DNA of 64,000 nt from Leucoraja erinacea (GCF_028641065.1 NC_073397.1:37820001-37884000); one strand, 5' to 3'; shown: positions 12,916 through 26,589, counted from the stretch's first letter. Notes: generated from the letters alone by a model not told the origin. Made by a program: numbers and translations.

Positions 12916-15900
12916 ATCTCCAAGTTTAAGATTCAGATTCAAGATTCAGATTCAGATTTCAGATAAGGAACTTGTTCTCTTGTCTTTCTGTGAAGCCGGC
13001 TGCTGTCTCTATTCTCTCAAGCCCCACCCTAGGGTAAATGCAGAACTGAACTCTGTAACGCAGCTGAACCAAAATAGACCAAACTGTTGTGGAAAGCACA
13101 AAGGCGTGACTGGCCGACAGTTCAGCTGGAGCTGGCTGAATAAGGCACAGGTTTAAATAGCCTCTTGTGCAAGTCCCACTGAGGTCCAAGAAGGAACTGC
13201 AGATGCTGGAAAATCAAAGGTAGACAAATGTACTGGAGAAACTCAGCGGGTGCGGCAACATCTATGGAGCGAAGGAAATAGGCAACGTTTCGGGGCCGAA
13301 ATCCTTATGGAAATAGGCAACGTTTCAGGCCGAAACCCTTCCGGGTTTCGGCCCGAAACGTTGCCTATTTCCTTAGCTCCACAGATGCTGCCTGACCCGC
13401 TGAGTTACTCCAGCACTCTGTGAAACGTCACCTATCCATGTTCTCCACAGATGCTGCCTGACCCGCTGAGTTACTCCAGCACTCTGTGTCTGTCTTCGTT
13501 CATTCTCAGTTAGTGGGTAGTCAATCGCAAGTTCAAACCCGGGTCGACTCGGTCTCAAATCACCTTGCCTTGGTCGCTTGTGGATGCACCAGGCCCCATC
13601 CTCGACTGAGACGGGGGGGGGGGGGGGGGGGGGGATATAAAATATACCCTTCTTCACATTGAGGTCCTATGTTAGTGGCAGTCACTACTGCATCAGCTGT
13701 GGCATTGTCCTATTCACATTGGTTAAAGTCTGTGGCCACAAATGGAACTGAAATGACCAAGAGCTGATCCATCTTCCCAACTGGGCATCTGCAGTGACAG
13801 TTACTCCACTGGACCAGGGAGCTTGTACTTGTCCAACATCATGTCTGGTTTCTGTCAATAACAATAGGTGCAGGAATAGGCCATTCGGCTCTTCGAGCCA
13901 GCACCACCATGGCTGATCATCCCCGTTCCTGCCTTCTCCCCATATCCCCATTACTTGGCTTTGAAAAGTCTGTAGAGGATTGTGTTCCTCTACGTTTCAA
14001 TATTACTGGCAGGCAGAATATGTGAATGGACAGCTTTATCCAGCAACAGCAACGAGAATCATTGGCACAGCATTTTCCTGGGATATGTGAGGGGATTGTT
14101 TCCAAGAACTGAATAACCTATTGAATCTTTCACCATGACAATGTCGATTGGATGAGTCATTGATGTGACTTTACACATGAATTAATAGTGGTGCGGACTG
14201 CAGGAGTTGTACACTTGGCCTGTGATTGTGTGAAGCAGATCAGTGTTGATCCAATGCCTGTTGTATCTGTGTGTGAGCGTCACTCTGAGAGTGTTACTCC
14301 CGTTCCCACTTACAGATTATATATATATATATATATGATAGAAGATAGACACACAATGCTGGAGTAACTCAGCAGGATAGGCAGCATCTCTGGAGAGAAG
14401 GAATAGGTGATGTTTCAGTCTGATCGAGCCCTTCTCGACCCGAAACGTCACCCATTCCTTCTCTCCAGAGATGCTGCCTGTCCTGCTGAGTTACTCCAGC
14501 ATTTTGTGTCTATCTTTGGTTTAAACCAGCATCCTTTTTCGTTAGTTTAAATATTCTGTTGTGCTGCTGCTTTGCAGAATAATGAAAGGCCTGGATAGAG
14601 TGGATGTGGAGAGGATGTCTCCACTAGTGGGAGAGTCTATGACCAGAGGTCAGAGCCTCAGAATTAAAGGACGTTCCTTTAGGAAGGAGATGAGGAGAAA
14701 TTTCTTAAGGCAGAGGGTGGTGAATCTGTGGAATTCTTTGCCACAGACGGCTGTGGAGGCCACAAGTCAGTGGGTATTTTTAAGGCAGAGATAGATTCTT
14801 GATTAGTGCGGGTGTCAGGGGTTATGGGGAGAAGGCAGGCGAATGGGGTTAGGAGGGAGAGATAGAACAGCCATGATTGAATGGTGGAGTAGACTTGATG
14901 GGCCGAATGGCCTAATTCTGCTCCTATCACTTAGAAAGTAAGAATGCCATTGTTCTATCTGGGACACTCTTGACAACATGAACATTGTTGTTGGGGGGAG
15001 TTGGTCATCTCCAGACCAGCACACAGTTGCTCAAACATTTACTCCATTCTGCCGGAAACGTCACCTACTCCTTTTCTCCCAAGATGCTGCCGTACCCGCT
15101 GAGTTTCTGCAGCATTTTTTGTTTCTGCACCATGTTCACTTTAGTTTTTCACTGGCGGTTATCATTTGTGTTTGCAATGTGATAAACCTAGTGGCCAGAA
15201 CCAGTTGCTGGTGCCTGGTGGAGCCGTTGGTTCCTTTGTGCCTCCAGGGCTGGTATTTGGAGCTGGTTCACCTTCACGGTATATGGTGCTTTGTTAGTAA
15301 CGCAGGGCTGGGTCATTCTGCCTGGGAGTTTTCACAGAGCTGACCCCTGTATGTCTGCACACTGGTGCTCACTTTCCCCACCAATTCAGTCGCCATGCTT
15401 GTTTATATTGTGTGTCAGTGGACAGAATAACCACAACAGTTTGACGTGATCAAGCAGCCCTGCCCCCCTCAGTCACGTGTGTGTTGGAAGTTTCAATAGA
15501 GCATGTGAGTTGGTGACGCACATTAGATAATTACCTCTCTGAGCCGTATATTTGGTCCTGACCATGGGTGTTGTTTGTGTGGAGTTTGCACGTTGCCCCT
15601 GCCTCTTCTGGTTTCACCCCCACATCCTCAACACATGCTGATTTGGGAGATTAGTTACGTCTTGTCCATTATCCCCGGCATTGGGATGAAATTATGGGAG
15701 AGAAATAAGTGGAGATGTAGGATTGTGGGAGAGCCAGCATCAGATCGAGGGGCAGAGTGGCTGCACTATGAAAGGGGAATGATAATTGTAGTATATTGTC
15801 ACGTGTAACGAGGTGCAGTGACCAGCTTTAGTTGCGCGCTAACCAGTCAGCGGAAAGATAACACATGGTTACAATCGAGCCGTGTATAAGGGAGGAGTAG

Positions 15901-15982
15901 CGATGGTCTAGTGTGGGGCAATGTAATATGTGATTAGTCGCCGGGGCTGGGCGCCATCTTGCTGTGCGTGTGTCATATGGTC

Positions 15983-16525
15983 ACAAGTGATAGGAGCAGA
16001 ATTAGGCCATTCGGCCCTTCAAGTCTACTCCGCCATTCAATCATGGCTGTTCTATCTCTCTTTCCTAACCCCATTCTCCCCATAACCCCTGACACCCGCA
16101 CTAATCAAGAATCCATCTATCTCTGCCTTAAAAATATCCACTGACTTGGCCTCCACAGCCTTCTGTGGCAATGAATTCCACAGATTCACCACCCTCTGAC
16201 TAAAGACATTTCTCCTCATCTCCGTCCTAAAGAAACTCCCTTTAATTCTGAGGCTGTGCCCTCTGGTCCTAAACTCTCCCACTAGTGGAAACATCCTCTC
16301 CACATCCACTCTATCCAGGCCTTTCACTATTCAGTACGTTTCAATGAAGTTCCCCCTCATCCTTCTAAACTCCAGCGAGTACAGGCCCAGTGCCAACAAT
16401 CGCTCATCATATGTTAACCCACTCATTTCAGGGATCATTCTTGTAAACCTCCATTGGACCCTCTCCAGAGCCGGCACATCCTTCCTCAGATATGGGGCCC
16501 AGATTTGCTCACTGTACTCCAAATG
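15983..16525 (-). mobile_element. CR1 LINE 3' fragment (tail type A)
   Basis: Peptides EYSEQIWAPYLRKDV..LERVQ.RFTRMIP...LGLYSLE and TRGHSLRIKG...FSQRVVNLWNSLP; tail gggccgaatggcctaattctgctcct. Other type A copies at about 7570-7705(-), 11020-11295(+), 14575-14932(+), 18525-18645(-), 23060-23420(-), 29690-29920(+), 42615-42975(-), 47115-47270(+), 52350-52800(-). Confidence 0.92.
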
Positions 16526-17017
16526 CAGGCCTTATAGAGCCTGTTTTTGTATTTGAGTTAACCTCTGTGTATTTGTTCCTGTGTCCACGTGCGTGCTCCC
16601 TGTGTCTTCTCTCCACCACGTGGACCTTGTTTGTTTTCCCTGGGGAGTGTGTGCAGACAGGACCAGCCCCAGACTTGTCCTTCACTATAGCTCGGGCTTT
16701 CCCCTCCAGCCCGCCTTGTTTCACCTTCCCTGAGTGTGGGATACTGAGTCAGCATTAATCACTGGGTCCTGGCAAATGCTCAGCATGTGTTTATATTCCT
16801 TCAGCGTGGAAATTAAACTTCCAACTCGTTCACCCGTAATCTGTCAGCGCAGGCCCTGCTGTGAGAAGCTGGAAACAAAGGTTTAAACATTCTCGTGACA
16901 TATGGAATACAAAATTAATAATCGAGACTAAAGTCTAATAAATCACTCCATAAATCGCACTGAACCAACAAAAAGATTTGATTGGAAATGGAAGCGGAAT
17001 CAAGGGATATGGGGAGA

Positions 17018-17380
17018 AGGCAGGAACGGGGTACTGATTGGGGATGATCAGCCATGGTCATATTGCAGGAACGGGGCACTGATTGGGGATGATCAGCCAT
17101 GATCATATTGCAGGAACGGGGTACTGATTGTGGATGATCAGCCATGGTCATATTGCAGGAACGGGGCACTGATTGTGGATGATCAGCCATGGTCATATTG
17201 CAGGAACGGGGCACTGATTGTGGATGATCAGCCATGGTCATATTGCAGGAACGGGGCACTGATTGTGGATGATCAGCCATGGTCATATTGCAGGAACGGG
17301 GCACTGATTGGGGATGATCAGCCATGGTCATATTGCAGGAACGGGGTACTGATTGGGGATGATCAGCCATGGTCATATTG
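17018..17380 (+). repeat. 45-bp x ~8 tandem expansion inside a CR1 type B 3' UTR
   Basis: Unit ttgcaggaacggggcactgattgtggatgatcagccatggtcata, flanked by contiguous CR1 tail sequence on both sides. Confidence 0.93.
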
Positions 17381-17746
17381 AATGGCGGTGCTGGCTCGAA
17401 GGGCAGAATGGCCTACTCCTGCACCTATTGTCTGTGTTTCTATGAAACAGCAGTATTTGAGGAGTCACTGAATAATCGCAGTTGCAGGAACAAACTGCAG
17501 CAGTGTATATTGGGAGTGGTACTGGGTTTGTAGTAGTGGATGGAGTAAGGCATCTTTCAATGGGTACAGAAGATGATGACAATCAGTCACAGGGTCAAAC
17601 AGCGCAGAAACTGGCCCTTCGGCACGACCTGTCCATGCTAACCAAGTTGCTGAACCGAGCTAGTCCCACATGCCAGCGTTAGGCCCAAATCCCTCTAAAC
17701 CTACCCTGAACCATGTATCTATGTACCGTCCAAATGTCTGTTAAAC

Positions 17747-18057
17747 TTAGTTTAGAGATACAGCGCGGAAACAGGCCCTTCGGCCCACCGGGTCCGTGCC
17801 GACCAGCGATCCCCGCACACTAACACTATCCTACACACACTAGGGACAATTTTACACTTATACCAAGCCAATTAATCTACATATCTGCACGTCTTTGGAG
17901 TGTGGGAGGAAACCGAAGATCTCGGAGAAACCCCACGCAGGTCACGGGGAGAACGTGCAAACTCCGTACAGACAGCGCCCGTAGTCGGGATGGAACCCGG
18001 GTCTCCAGCGCTGCATTCGCTGTAAGGCAGCAACTCTACCGCTGTGCCACCGTGACC
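17747..18057 (-). mobile_element. Full-length tRNA-derived V-SINE (HE1-like)
   Basis: On the minus strand: head ggtcacggtggcacagcggtagagttgctgcc (A box), cccgggttccatccc (B box), V-domain gtttgcacgttctccccgtg...ggtttcctccc, CR1-like tail gggccgaagggcctgtttcc, ending in taaac repeats. Confidence 0.88.
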
Positions 18058-19047
18058 ACCACAATGTTGTTATTGAACCTGCATCAATAACTTGGTCCAA
18101 CAGCCCTTCCTGTTTCTATTCAAACCTACGCCCTTGAATTCTTGTTTCTCCTACTCTGTGGGTTAAAGCCTCTATACAACCATCTTATCTATTCCCTTGT
18201 GACCTTATACACCTCTATAAGATCACCGTTCAGCCTCCTGAGTCCCAGCCTACCCAATCTCTCCCGACAACTCAGGCCCTTGAGTCCCGGCAACATCCTT
18301 GTAAATCATCTCTCATCTCTTTGAAATTTCCTTTTGGAAGTTGAATATTTTTCCCCATCCGTCCTGGGCAGGAATTCCAGGTCAGGATTGTTCATAGAAA
18401 ATGCTTTTCTTCAAGGCTTTCCTGTTTTAAAATGTTCCTTCTGTTCCTGGTGTCTCTGCCATTAGAGGCACGCTGGCTCAATCACTTCACAACTTCTCCA
18501 CCAATCCCAACTTCCACCCAAGTTCATAAGTGATAGGAGCAGAATTAGGCCATTCGGCCCATTCAGTCGTGGCTGATCTATCTCTCCCTCCTAATCCCAT
18601 TCTCCTGCCTTCTCCCTGTAACCCCTGACACCCGCACTATTCAAGTTCTTCATCCCAGGACCACCCTACGGAACCAGGCGACAGATTGGTGGGAGATTTC
18701 TAGAGTAGAATGTGTTTCCCCATTCTCCACCACTCCGCTGCCAGCTCCTTACGTTCAGCATTCGTGTCTCGTTGGAGTCGACCTGAAATTAAAAATAGAC
18801 AGAGATTGTCAAACAGACACGGGTGCAAGAGGAGTCAACCTGTGTCACTTTATCTGTAGTTATCAACATTAACTTGCAAGTAATTTAACCTTCAGTGATG
18901 TGTGCTGGCTGCATTAGACACAGACTAACGTGCGCTCATTGTTAATGGGACACTTCTATTCCATAAAAGTCATCAAATATAAATGCAGCGCAGGTCCCGC
19001 TGAGAATATTCATGAAGCATCAAAGTGGCCTTGTCCTTATTGCACCC

Positions 19048-19450
19048 GTGTGGCAGCAAGTGTGAGTGTGAACAAGGGTGGTGACAGCAAGTGTGAGTGT
19101 GAACAAGGGTAGTGGCAGCAAGTGTGAGTGTGAGCAGGGGTAGTGGCAGCAAGTGTGAGTGTGAACAAGGGTAGTGACAAGGAGCAAGTGTGAGTGTGAA
19201 CAAGGGTAGTGGCAGCAAGTGTGAGCGTGAACAAGGGTGGTGGCAGCAAGTGTGAGTGTGAACAAGGGTAGTGACAAGGAGCGAGTGTGAGTGTGAACAA
19301 GGGTAGTGACAAGGAGCAAGTGTGAGTGTGAGCAAGGGTAGTCAGCAAGCCTGAGTGTGAACAAGGGTAGTGGCAGTCAGTGTGAGTGTGAACAAGGGTG
19401 GTGGCAGCAAGTGTGAGTGTGAGCAAGGGTGGTGGCAGGAGTGAGTGTGA
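19048..19450. repeat. ~31-bp minisatellite (gcaagtgtgagtgtgaacaagggtagtggca)
   Basis: About 12 units visible. Confidence 0.93.
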
Positions 19451-20570
19451 TTAGGGGTAGTGTTGGGGGTGAATGTGATTGGGGCAGTGTCGGGGGTGAG
19501 TGTGAGCAGGATTAGTGTCAGGAACCATGCACACCACTGATCCCCTTGGGTGAGCGTGTGATGTGGGCATTGTTGGCTAGTTGTGGACAGAGTGGTGTGA
19601 GCTGCTGACCTGGGCACATCGCAGCGTGGACACTCCAGTTGTGCCAGGATATTCACTCTGCACCATGGCTGTGCACACACCTGTCATCACACACCTGTGA
19701 TCACTCACCAGTCAGTGAACACACACGCCTCAGTGAACACACATATCTGTGAACACACACGCCTCAGTGAACACGCACGCTGGTGTGAACACACGCCTCA
19801 GTGAACATGCACGCTGGTGTGAACACACGCCTCAGTGAACACACATATCTGTGAGCACACACGCCTCCGTGAACACAAACAGATTTGTGACCATGCACTC
19901 GTGTAAACGCCACGCCCGTGTAGACATCCCCCCCCCCCAATACTAGTGTGATCTGGTCAACATTATCATTGGGAGATTTTCTGCAGAATACCAAATTTGT
20001 AAATATGTATGATGCTTATAGTTGTCACAGCTTTAATATATTTTAAATTAAAGTGTTATTTCTAAGAAATGTGAAATCCTAAAATATCTCAATCAAATCT
20101 TTTAGACACAGGGAACTGCAGATGCTGTTTAATTAAAAAAAAGACACAAGGTGCTGGAGTAACTCAGTGGGTCAAGCAGCATCCCTGACCCGCTGAGTTA
20201 CTCCAGCACTCTGTGAAACGTCACCTATCCATGTACTCCACAGATGCTGCCTGACCCGCTGAGTTACTCCAGCACTGTGTGGTCAGTCTAGTAGGGCAGT
20301 GTAGCAGTATAACTGGAGCCTGGTCACTGATGGTCCAAGTCACCATCTGGAGGCGGTAGAATCACGTCACCGTTTTGTGTCCTGCTGGACAGAGTCAAGT
20401 GTTGGGGTCGGGGAGAGGTCACTGCACTGGTCTCTGCTCTGGCCCAGAGTTATGTCTGGAGTTAACGGCTGCTCTGCCTGCCCTCCCGTCTTGTGGTTCC
20501 TCAGTTACCGCGACCGGCTGTTTGACCTTCGATTCCAGCAATGGTGGGGGGGGTGGGGTGGGGGGGAACA

Positions 20571-20872
20571 GCACGGTGGAGCAGCGGTAGAGCTGCTGCC
20601 TCACAGCGCCAGAGACCCGGGTTCCATTCTGACTAAGGCTGCTGTCTGTGCGGGGTTTGCACGCACGCTCTCCCCGTGACCTCGTGGGTTTTCTCCGGGT
20701 GCTCCAGTTTCCTCCCACACTCCAAAGACGTGCAGGTTTGTAGGTTAATTGGCTTCATCAAGATAGTGAATTGTTCCTTGTGTGTGCAGGGTAGTGTTAG
20801 TGTGCGGGGATCGCTGGTCAGCCCAGACTCGAAGGGCCGAAGGGTCTGTTCCCACACTATCTCTAAACTAAA
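20571..20872 (+). mobile_element. V-SINE (HE1-like)
   Basis: Same head, V-domain and tail as 17747-18057. Confidence 0.88.
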
Positions 20873-23777
20873 TGGCAAATGACGTTTTGAAAGTGGAACT
20901 GGAGCCATGCAAGTTGATCATTTAGTTGGTATTTTAAATAATCTGTCACAGTTTAGTTGCATTTCTATTTCATCAGCAAAGTATTAAACTCCATCAGTAA
21001 GTTGTTCAGGTATAATGTATTCCACGATCTGCACACGTACCTGCTCATGGAGTTTTCCCTTATTGCCGTGTGGAGGTATTAACTTTGAAGCAACACTAGA
21101 ATCTTCCTTATCGCAATAACACAGTAGGATTTGTCACACACAATGAGTTGTTATGCTCAACATCTTGATGGATATATGCAGGGAAAGTATACCTTATTGT
21201 ACAAAACCAGCGGGCAGTGAGATGAGTTCCATCATTGGTTGTCAGCATGACACGTTCTACAGCCCTGTTGCTGCTGGTGAGGAGATTCAGGTATCAGGCC
21301 CTTCGGCCCAACTTGCCCACACTGGCCAACATGCCCCATCTACAACAGTCCCACCCACCTGTATTTGACCCATGTCCCTACAAACCTGTCCCATCCATAT
21401 ACCTGCCCAAATGTTTCCCAAACATTGTACTCTACATCTGGGAGATTCAGGTGTCCTATACACCTGGAGGTTCAGGTGAACTCTACACCTGGAGGTTCAG
21501 GTGAACTCTACACCTGGGAGATTGGTGTACCTTCTGTACTGGACATCTTGATTGCTTGACATCAATCTGCAGACAGAGATTGTCCAGTTAGACGGTCAAG
21601 TCCGGACCGGGCAGCTAATTGGATCCGTTCCCAACGTCGATTATCTCTGAAAACTATTTGCACCTAAAGATAATTTTCTAGAGAGGGCCAAAGGTAACTC
21701 TTCAACTACCTCCCATATTTTGTTGCTGCGGTGTGTTTGAGATTGTGAATGGTGATGTTGGGGTGCGGGGCCCCCAGGCTCAGTGTGGGCAGGGTTGGGT
21801 GACTTGCAGCTCCAAATCCACCTGTGCCAATTCGCAGCCACACCTGAAGCATGTTCAACATGTCAGCATTTGCCCACTGCCCACAAAGACAAGTATTCGC
21901 ACCTGTACTTGAGTCAGTGTGTGTGTGAGCACAGATGTTATGGGGCATCATGTTTAGGGGGTAGGGCAGATTTTGGTCCTCACCCATCCCTGTCATTCTC
22001 TACTTTATCTAATGTGTGACACCGTGACTGAGATATCCCCAGCTTCACACGGCAATGGTGGTGACCTCACCTGGGTCAGTCAGTGCGTTATTGCTCTGAT
22101 CCTTTTGCTGAGGGTGTGTGAAGATATTCTCCATGCTGCAGCCAATTCCACGTTATGCAATATTGTGTGGGACTGCTCCGTTGCTTTGGGTCTGTTAAAC
22201 CTCAGCGGCTCAGCCTGGCAGGTTAGAAAGGACTTGGTGGGGAAAAGGCAGGAATGGGGTACTGATTGTGGATGATCAACCATGATCACAGTGAATGGTG
22301 GTGCTGGCTCGAAGGGCCGAATGGCCTACACCTGCACCTATTGTCTATTGACAAGTGCAATCTAATACGTTCCCAATAAATACTGTAATGGGTCTGTCCG
22401 ACTTAGGCGACTGCAGGAGACTATGTGGTCACCACATGTTTCCAGGAGTCACCTTCATGGGCGTGAGGAGTTCCTGCATTCTGGAAACTAGTCGCGACCT
22501 CATTATGTATCAACATGTACACTGATCCAAGTTCCACCCTTCTCTCATCTCACTGGGGTTTATCTATCTATACAACAACTGGCCACTAGCACCCCACACT
22601 GCTGTGTTTACAGTTTGGAGTAACTCAGCGGGACAGGCAGCATCTCTGGAGAGAAGGAATGGGTGACGTTTCGGGTCGGGACCCTTCTTCAGTGTGTGTT
22701 TACAGTTTTGGACAGAGGATTGCAAACTGACTGTTACAAGGTGAAGGTCACGGTTCTGATTAAACATTATTTTATATAATTACTCGGCTCCAATCGTACC
22801 GGCCGTGTCTGGAACCCGTCTTTCTCAGTCAAGTCCGGAACATTTTCTCACCATCCCCTTTGGAATAATAGGAAACATTTGGCTCAGCAAATTATTAAGC
22901 TCAAGTAGCGTTCGACATTAACCACACTCCTCCAGTCTGTGTGTTTAGTGAGTCTCTAACCTAGCTAGTCCATGACGGAGTCTGATGCACAGCTGACCAG
23001 GAGCCTAAATTCAAGTAACTCCTCCATTCCCCCCCCCCCCCCCCCCCCCCCCCTTCATTCATAAGGAGTAGGAGCAGAATTAGGCCATTCGGCCCATCAA
23101 GCCTACTCCACCATTCAATCATGGCTGATCTATCTCTCCCTCCTAACCCCATTCTGTCTTCTCCCCATAACCCCTGACACCTGTACTAATCAAGAATCTA
23201 TCTATCTCTGCCTTAAAATATCACAGACGTGGCCTCCACAGCCGTCTGTGGCAAAGAATTCCACAGATGCGCCACCCTCGGGCTAAATAAATTCCTCCTC
23301 ATCTCCTTCCTAAAAGAACGTCCTTTAATTCTGAGGCTGTGGCCTCTAGTCCTAGATTCTTCCACTAGTGGAAACATCCTCTCTATCCAAGTTTCACTAT
23401 TTTGTATGTTTCAATGAGGTCCCATTTTCTAATGGAGTAATCCTCTGGGACAAAGCAGGGCTGAGAGGGGCAGCACTCCAGAGGAACAGAGGTAGAATTC
23501 CCACAGATTATTCCATATAATCTAATGCCCCATGAAATGTAAAATCATTCTCACACCTTGGCAGAAGGAGCCCTCAATAATCGCTATTCGATCCGATCCG
23601 ATAGAACGTTATTTACACCAGGAGGGGAATTCTCTGTTTCGCTGAAGCTGGGGATGAAAGTGCTGACTTGCCGATAACCACAGGAGATGCAGCTGCCAGG
23701 TGGACCGGCCACATTCCTGAAGCAGCCTTGCTTCTGCCAGCCACAGATGTGGGTCGCTTGCCTGCATCTGCCTCCAG

Positions 23778-24048
23778 CACTGTGTGGATGACCGGTGCAT
23801 GGTCCACGCTGCAGCCACTGTGTGGATGACCGATGCATGGTCCACGCTGCAGCCACTGTGTAGATGACCGGTGCATGGTCCACGCTGCAGCCACTGTGTA
23901 GATGACCGGTGCATGGTCCAAGATGCAGCCACTGTGTGGATGACCGATGCATGGTCCACACTGCAGCCACTGTGTAGATGACCGGTGCATGGTCCACACT
24001 GCAGCCACTGTGTAGATGACCGGTGCATGGTCCTCGCTGCAGCCACTG
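23778..24048. repeat. 38-bp x 7 minisatellite (cactgtgtagatgaccggtgcatggtccacgctgcagc)
   Basis: Directly visible. Confidence 0.93.
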
Positions 24049-24214
24049 TACTGTGGAGAACAAGAAGCTTGGTAAACGAGGGAATGTGCTGAGTCAGCGC
24101 TCCACTCATGACGAAGAGATAATCTTTGTAATTATGCACCCACGTTTGAAAGCAGAATAGATCCATTTGGAATTTATGAGTAAGAAGCTGTGAAGGATGA
24201 CATGGTTGGCAGCT

Positions 24215-24622
24215 CTGAGTGTACAGTGCGGTGCTTGGACTGTCAGTGAGTGTACAGTGCGGGCGGTGCTTGGTGTGAATGTACAGTGCGGGCAGTGCTT
24301 GGTGTGAGTGTACAGTGCGGTGCTTGGACTGTGAGTGAGTGTACAGTGCAGTACTTGGTGTGAGTGTACAGTGCGGGCAGTGCTTGGACTGTCAGTGAGT
24401 GTACAGTGCGGGCAGTGGTTGGACTGAGTGAGTGTACAGTGCAGTACTTGGGCTGTCAGTGAATGTACAGTGCGGTGCTTGGTGTGAGTGTACAGTGCAG
24501 TGTTGGACTGTGAGTGAGTGTACAGTGCGGTGCTTGGACTGTCAGTGAGTGTACAGTGCGGGCGGTGCTTGGACTGTCAGTGAGTGTACAGTGCAGTACT
24601 TGGTGTGAGTGTACAGTGTACA
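24215..24622. repeat. Variable minisatellite (gtgagtgtacagtgcggtgcttggact)
   Basis: Directly visible. Confidence 0.9.
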
Positions 24623-25454
24623 GTTGGACAGGTTTACAAGTCTGAACTTCACTGGCTCCAGGTGAGAGAGACACCAGATTTTATTTACATTACACCAGGT
24701 TTATCAGTAACGCTGGTGTGATCTTATACAAACATATAAGATTTTTAAGGGATTGGACAGGCTAGATGCAGGAAACATGTTCCCCATGTTGGGGGAGTCC
24801 AGAACCAGGGGTCACAGTTTAAGAATAAGGGGTCAGCCATTTAAGGCAGAGATGAGGAAACACTTTTTCACCCGTAGAGTTGTGAATCTGTGGAATTCTC
24901 TGCCACAGAAGGCAGTGGAGGCCAATTCACTGGATGTTTTCAAGAGAGAGTTAGATTTAGCTCTGAGGGCTAACGGAATCAAGGGGGATGGGGAGAAGGC
25001 AGGAACGGGGTACTGATTGTGGATGATCAGCCATGATCACATTGGATGGCTGAATGGCAGCTGCTGCACCTGTTATCTATGTTTCTCTGCGTACCAGCGC
25101 GCTGGACTCACCATTGGTCTGAGCGGACAGTCTCGCTGATGGTCCCGTGTGGCAATTGTTGTGGCCGTGAGGTGGTCCATGTTCTGACAGGTGGGTGTAA
25201 ACCGGAGGCAGTCACTGAAGTCCAACGTGCTTCATGATGTCCTGACCAGTGTTCATCCCATGGACATTTTGGAGAGTGTGCAGAAGAGACTCACCTGGAT
25301 GTTGCCTGGGTTGCAGCCTAGTATAAGGAGACAACAAACCTGGATTATTTCTCTGGAGCATCTGGGACTATGTTAAAGGGTCCAGTTACGGACAAGATAA
25401 ATGCACCTGTTTATGCATGGACAATCTATTTGAGGGTCACTTTGAAATGTATCT

Positions 25455-25882
25455 GTGAGCTTGGTCGTGCCAGGTAGATACACCTGTGTTCAGCTTGGTC
25501 GTGTCAGGTAGATACACCTGTGCTGAACTTGGTCGTGTCAGGTAGATACACCTGTGCTGGACTTGGTCATGCCAGGTAGATACACCTTGTTGTTGCTGGA
25601 CATGGTCATGTCAGGTAGATACACCTGTGCTGAACATGGTCGTGTCAGGTACATACACCTGTGCTGAACTTGGTCGTGCCAGGTAGATACACCTGTGTTC
25701 AGCTTGGTCATGTCAGGTACATACACCTGTGCTGAACTTGGTCGTGTCAGGTACATACACCTGTGCTGAACTTGGTCATGTCAGGTACATACACCTGTGC
25801 TGAACTTGGTCATGTCAGGTACATACACCTGTGCTGATCTTGGTCATGTCAGGTAGATACACCTTGTTGTTGCTGGACCTGT
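25455..25882. repeat. 34-bp x ~12 minisatellite (ttggtcgtgtcaggtagatacacctgtgctgaac)
   Basis: Directly visible. Confidence 0.93.
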
Positions 25883-25959
25883 GCTAAGGGTCTGCGTGGA
25901 TGAAGTTCACTGTCGGCATCAACCAGTGGCTCAAACACTGCATTGCCATTAACATTAAG

Positions 25960-26190
25960 TCTAGTTTAGAGATACAGCACGGAAACTGGCCCTTCGGCCC
26001 ACCGGGTCCGTGCTGACCAGCGATCCCCGCACACTTACACTATCCCACATACACTCTCGGGACAATTAACCCTGCACGTCTTTGGAGTGTGGGAGGAAAG
26101 TATCGCACCCTGAGACTCCGTACAGACAGCACCCGTAGTCGGGATCAAACCCGAGTCCCTGGTGCTGTGAGGCAGCAACTCTACCGCTGA
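25960..26190 (-). mobile_element. V-SINE, internally deleted
   Basis: Matches the other SINE copies. Confidence 0.8.
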
Positions 26191-26589
26191 GCCACGTTCT
26201 GCTTTGGCCGTGCATGTTGGACTGCCTGGAGCCAGCCTCATCAGAACATCTCCCTCCCCACCCACTCCCCGCTCTATCACCAGATCCTTCAAGTTGCAGC
26301 CTTGGTGCTGCATCCATCATTCCTTGTTCCACCAGACTAATGATCATCAGGTCCCTGTGGTACCTGACGCCAACTGTTGGTCTCACCTGTGCCTTGTTGA
26401 CAATTTCAAGGATCAGGTGTTTAATTCTTTACCCTCGTGAGGCAGAGATTCCAGTTTTTAACCAGTAGTGAGCAAGTGTGTGGGTGGTGACATCTCTCCG
26501 TGGATGGTCACCTTGTTGTGATGGAGAAGATTGTGTGGTCCTGAGATCCTGAGAGCGATGCCGTCTGGAGCTATGCTCCTGGTAGGGCC

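Noticed and set aside
16915-17376. Repetitive ORFs such as (MTMADHPQSVPRSCN)n, and those at 6380-7061, 10174-11020, 11609-12084, 18973-19426, 23584-24166, 35489-35912, 36165-36810 and 53671-54391
   Set aside because: They are translations of tandem repeats lacking stops; no splice or homology support.
20571-20635. tRNA gene-like A/B boxes
   Set aside because: These are the tRNA-derived heads of SINEs, continuing into the V-domain and tail; no complete cloverleaf.
25455-25882. Recursive splice motifs (cag|gtagat, cag|gtacat) in the 34-bp array
   Set aside because: No pyrimidine tract before the AG and weak donors; much poorer than 60405-60563.
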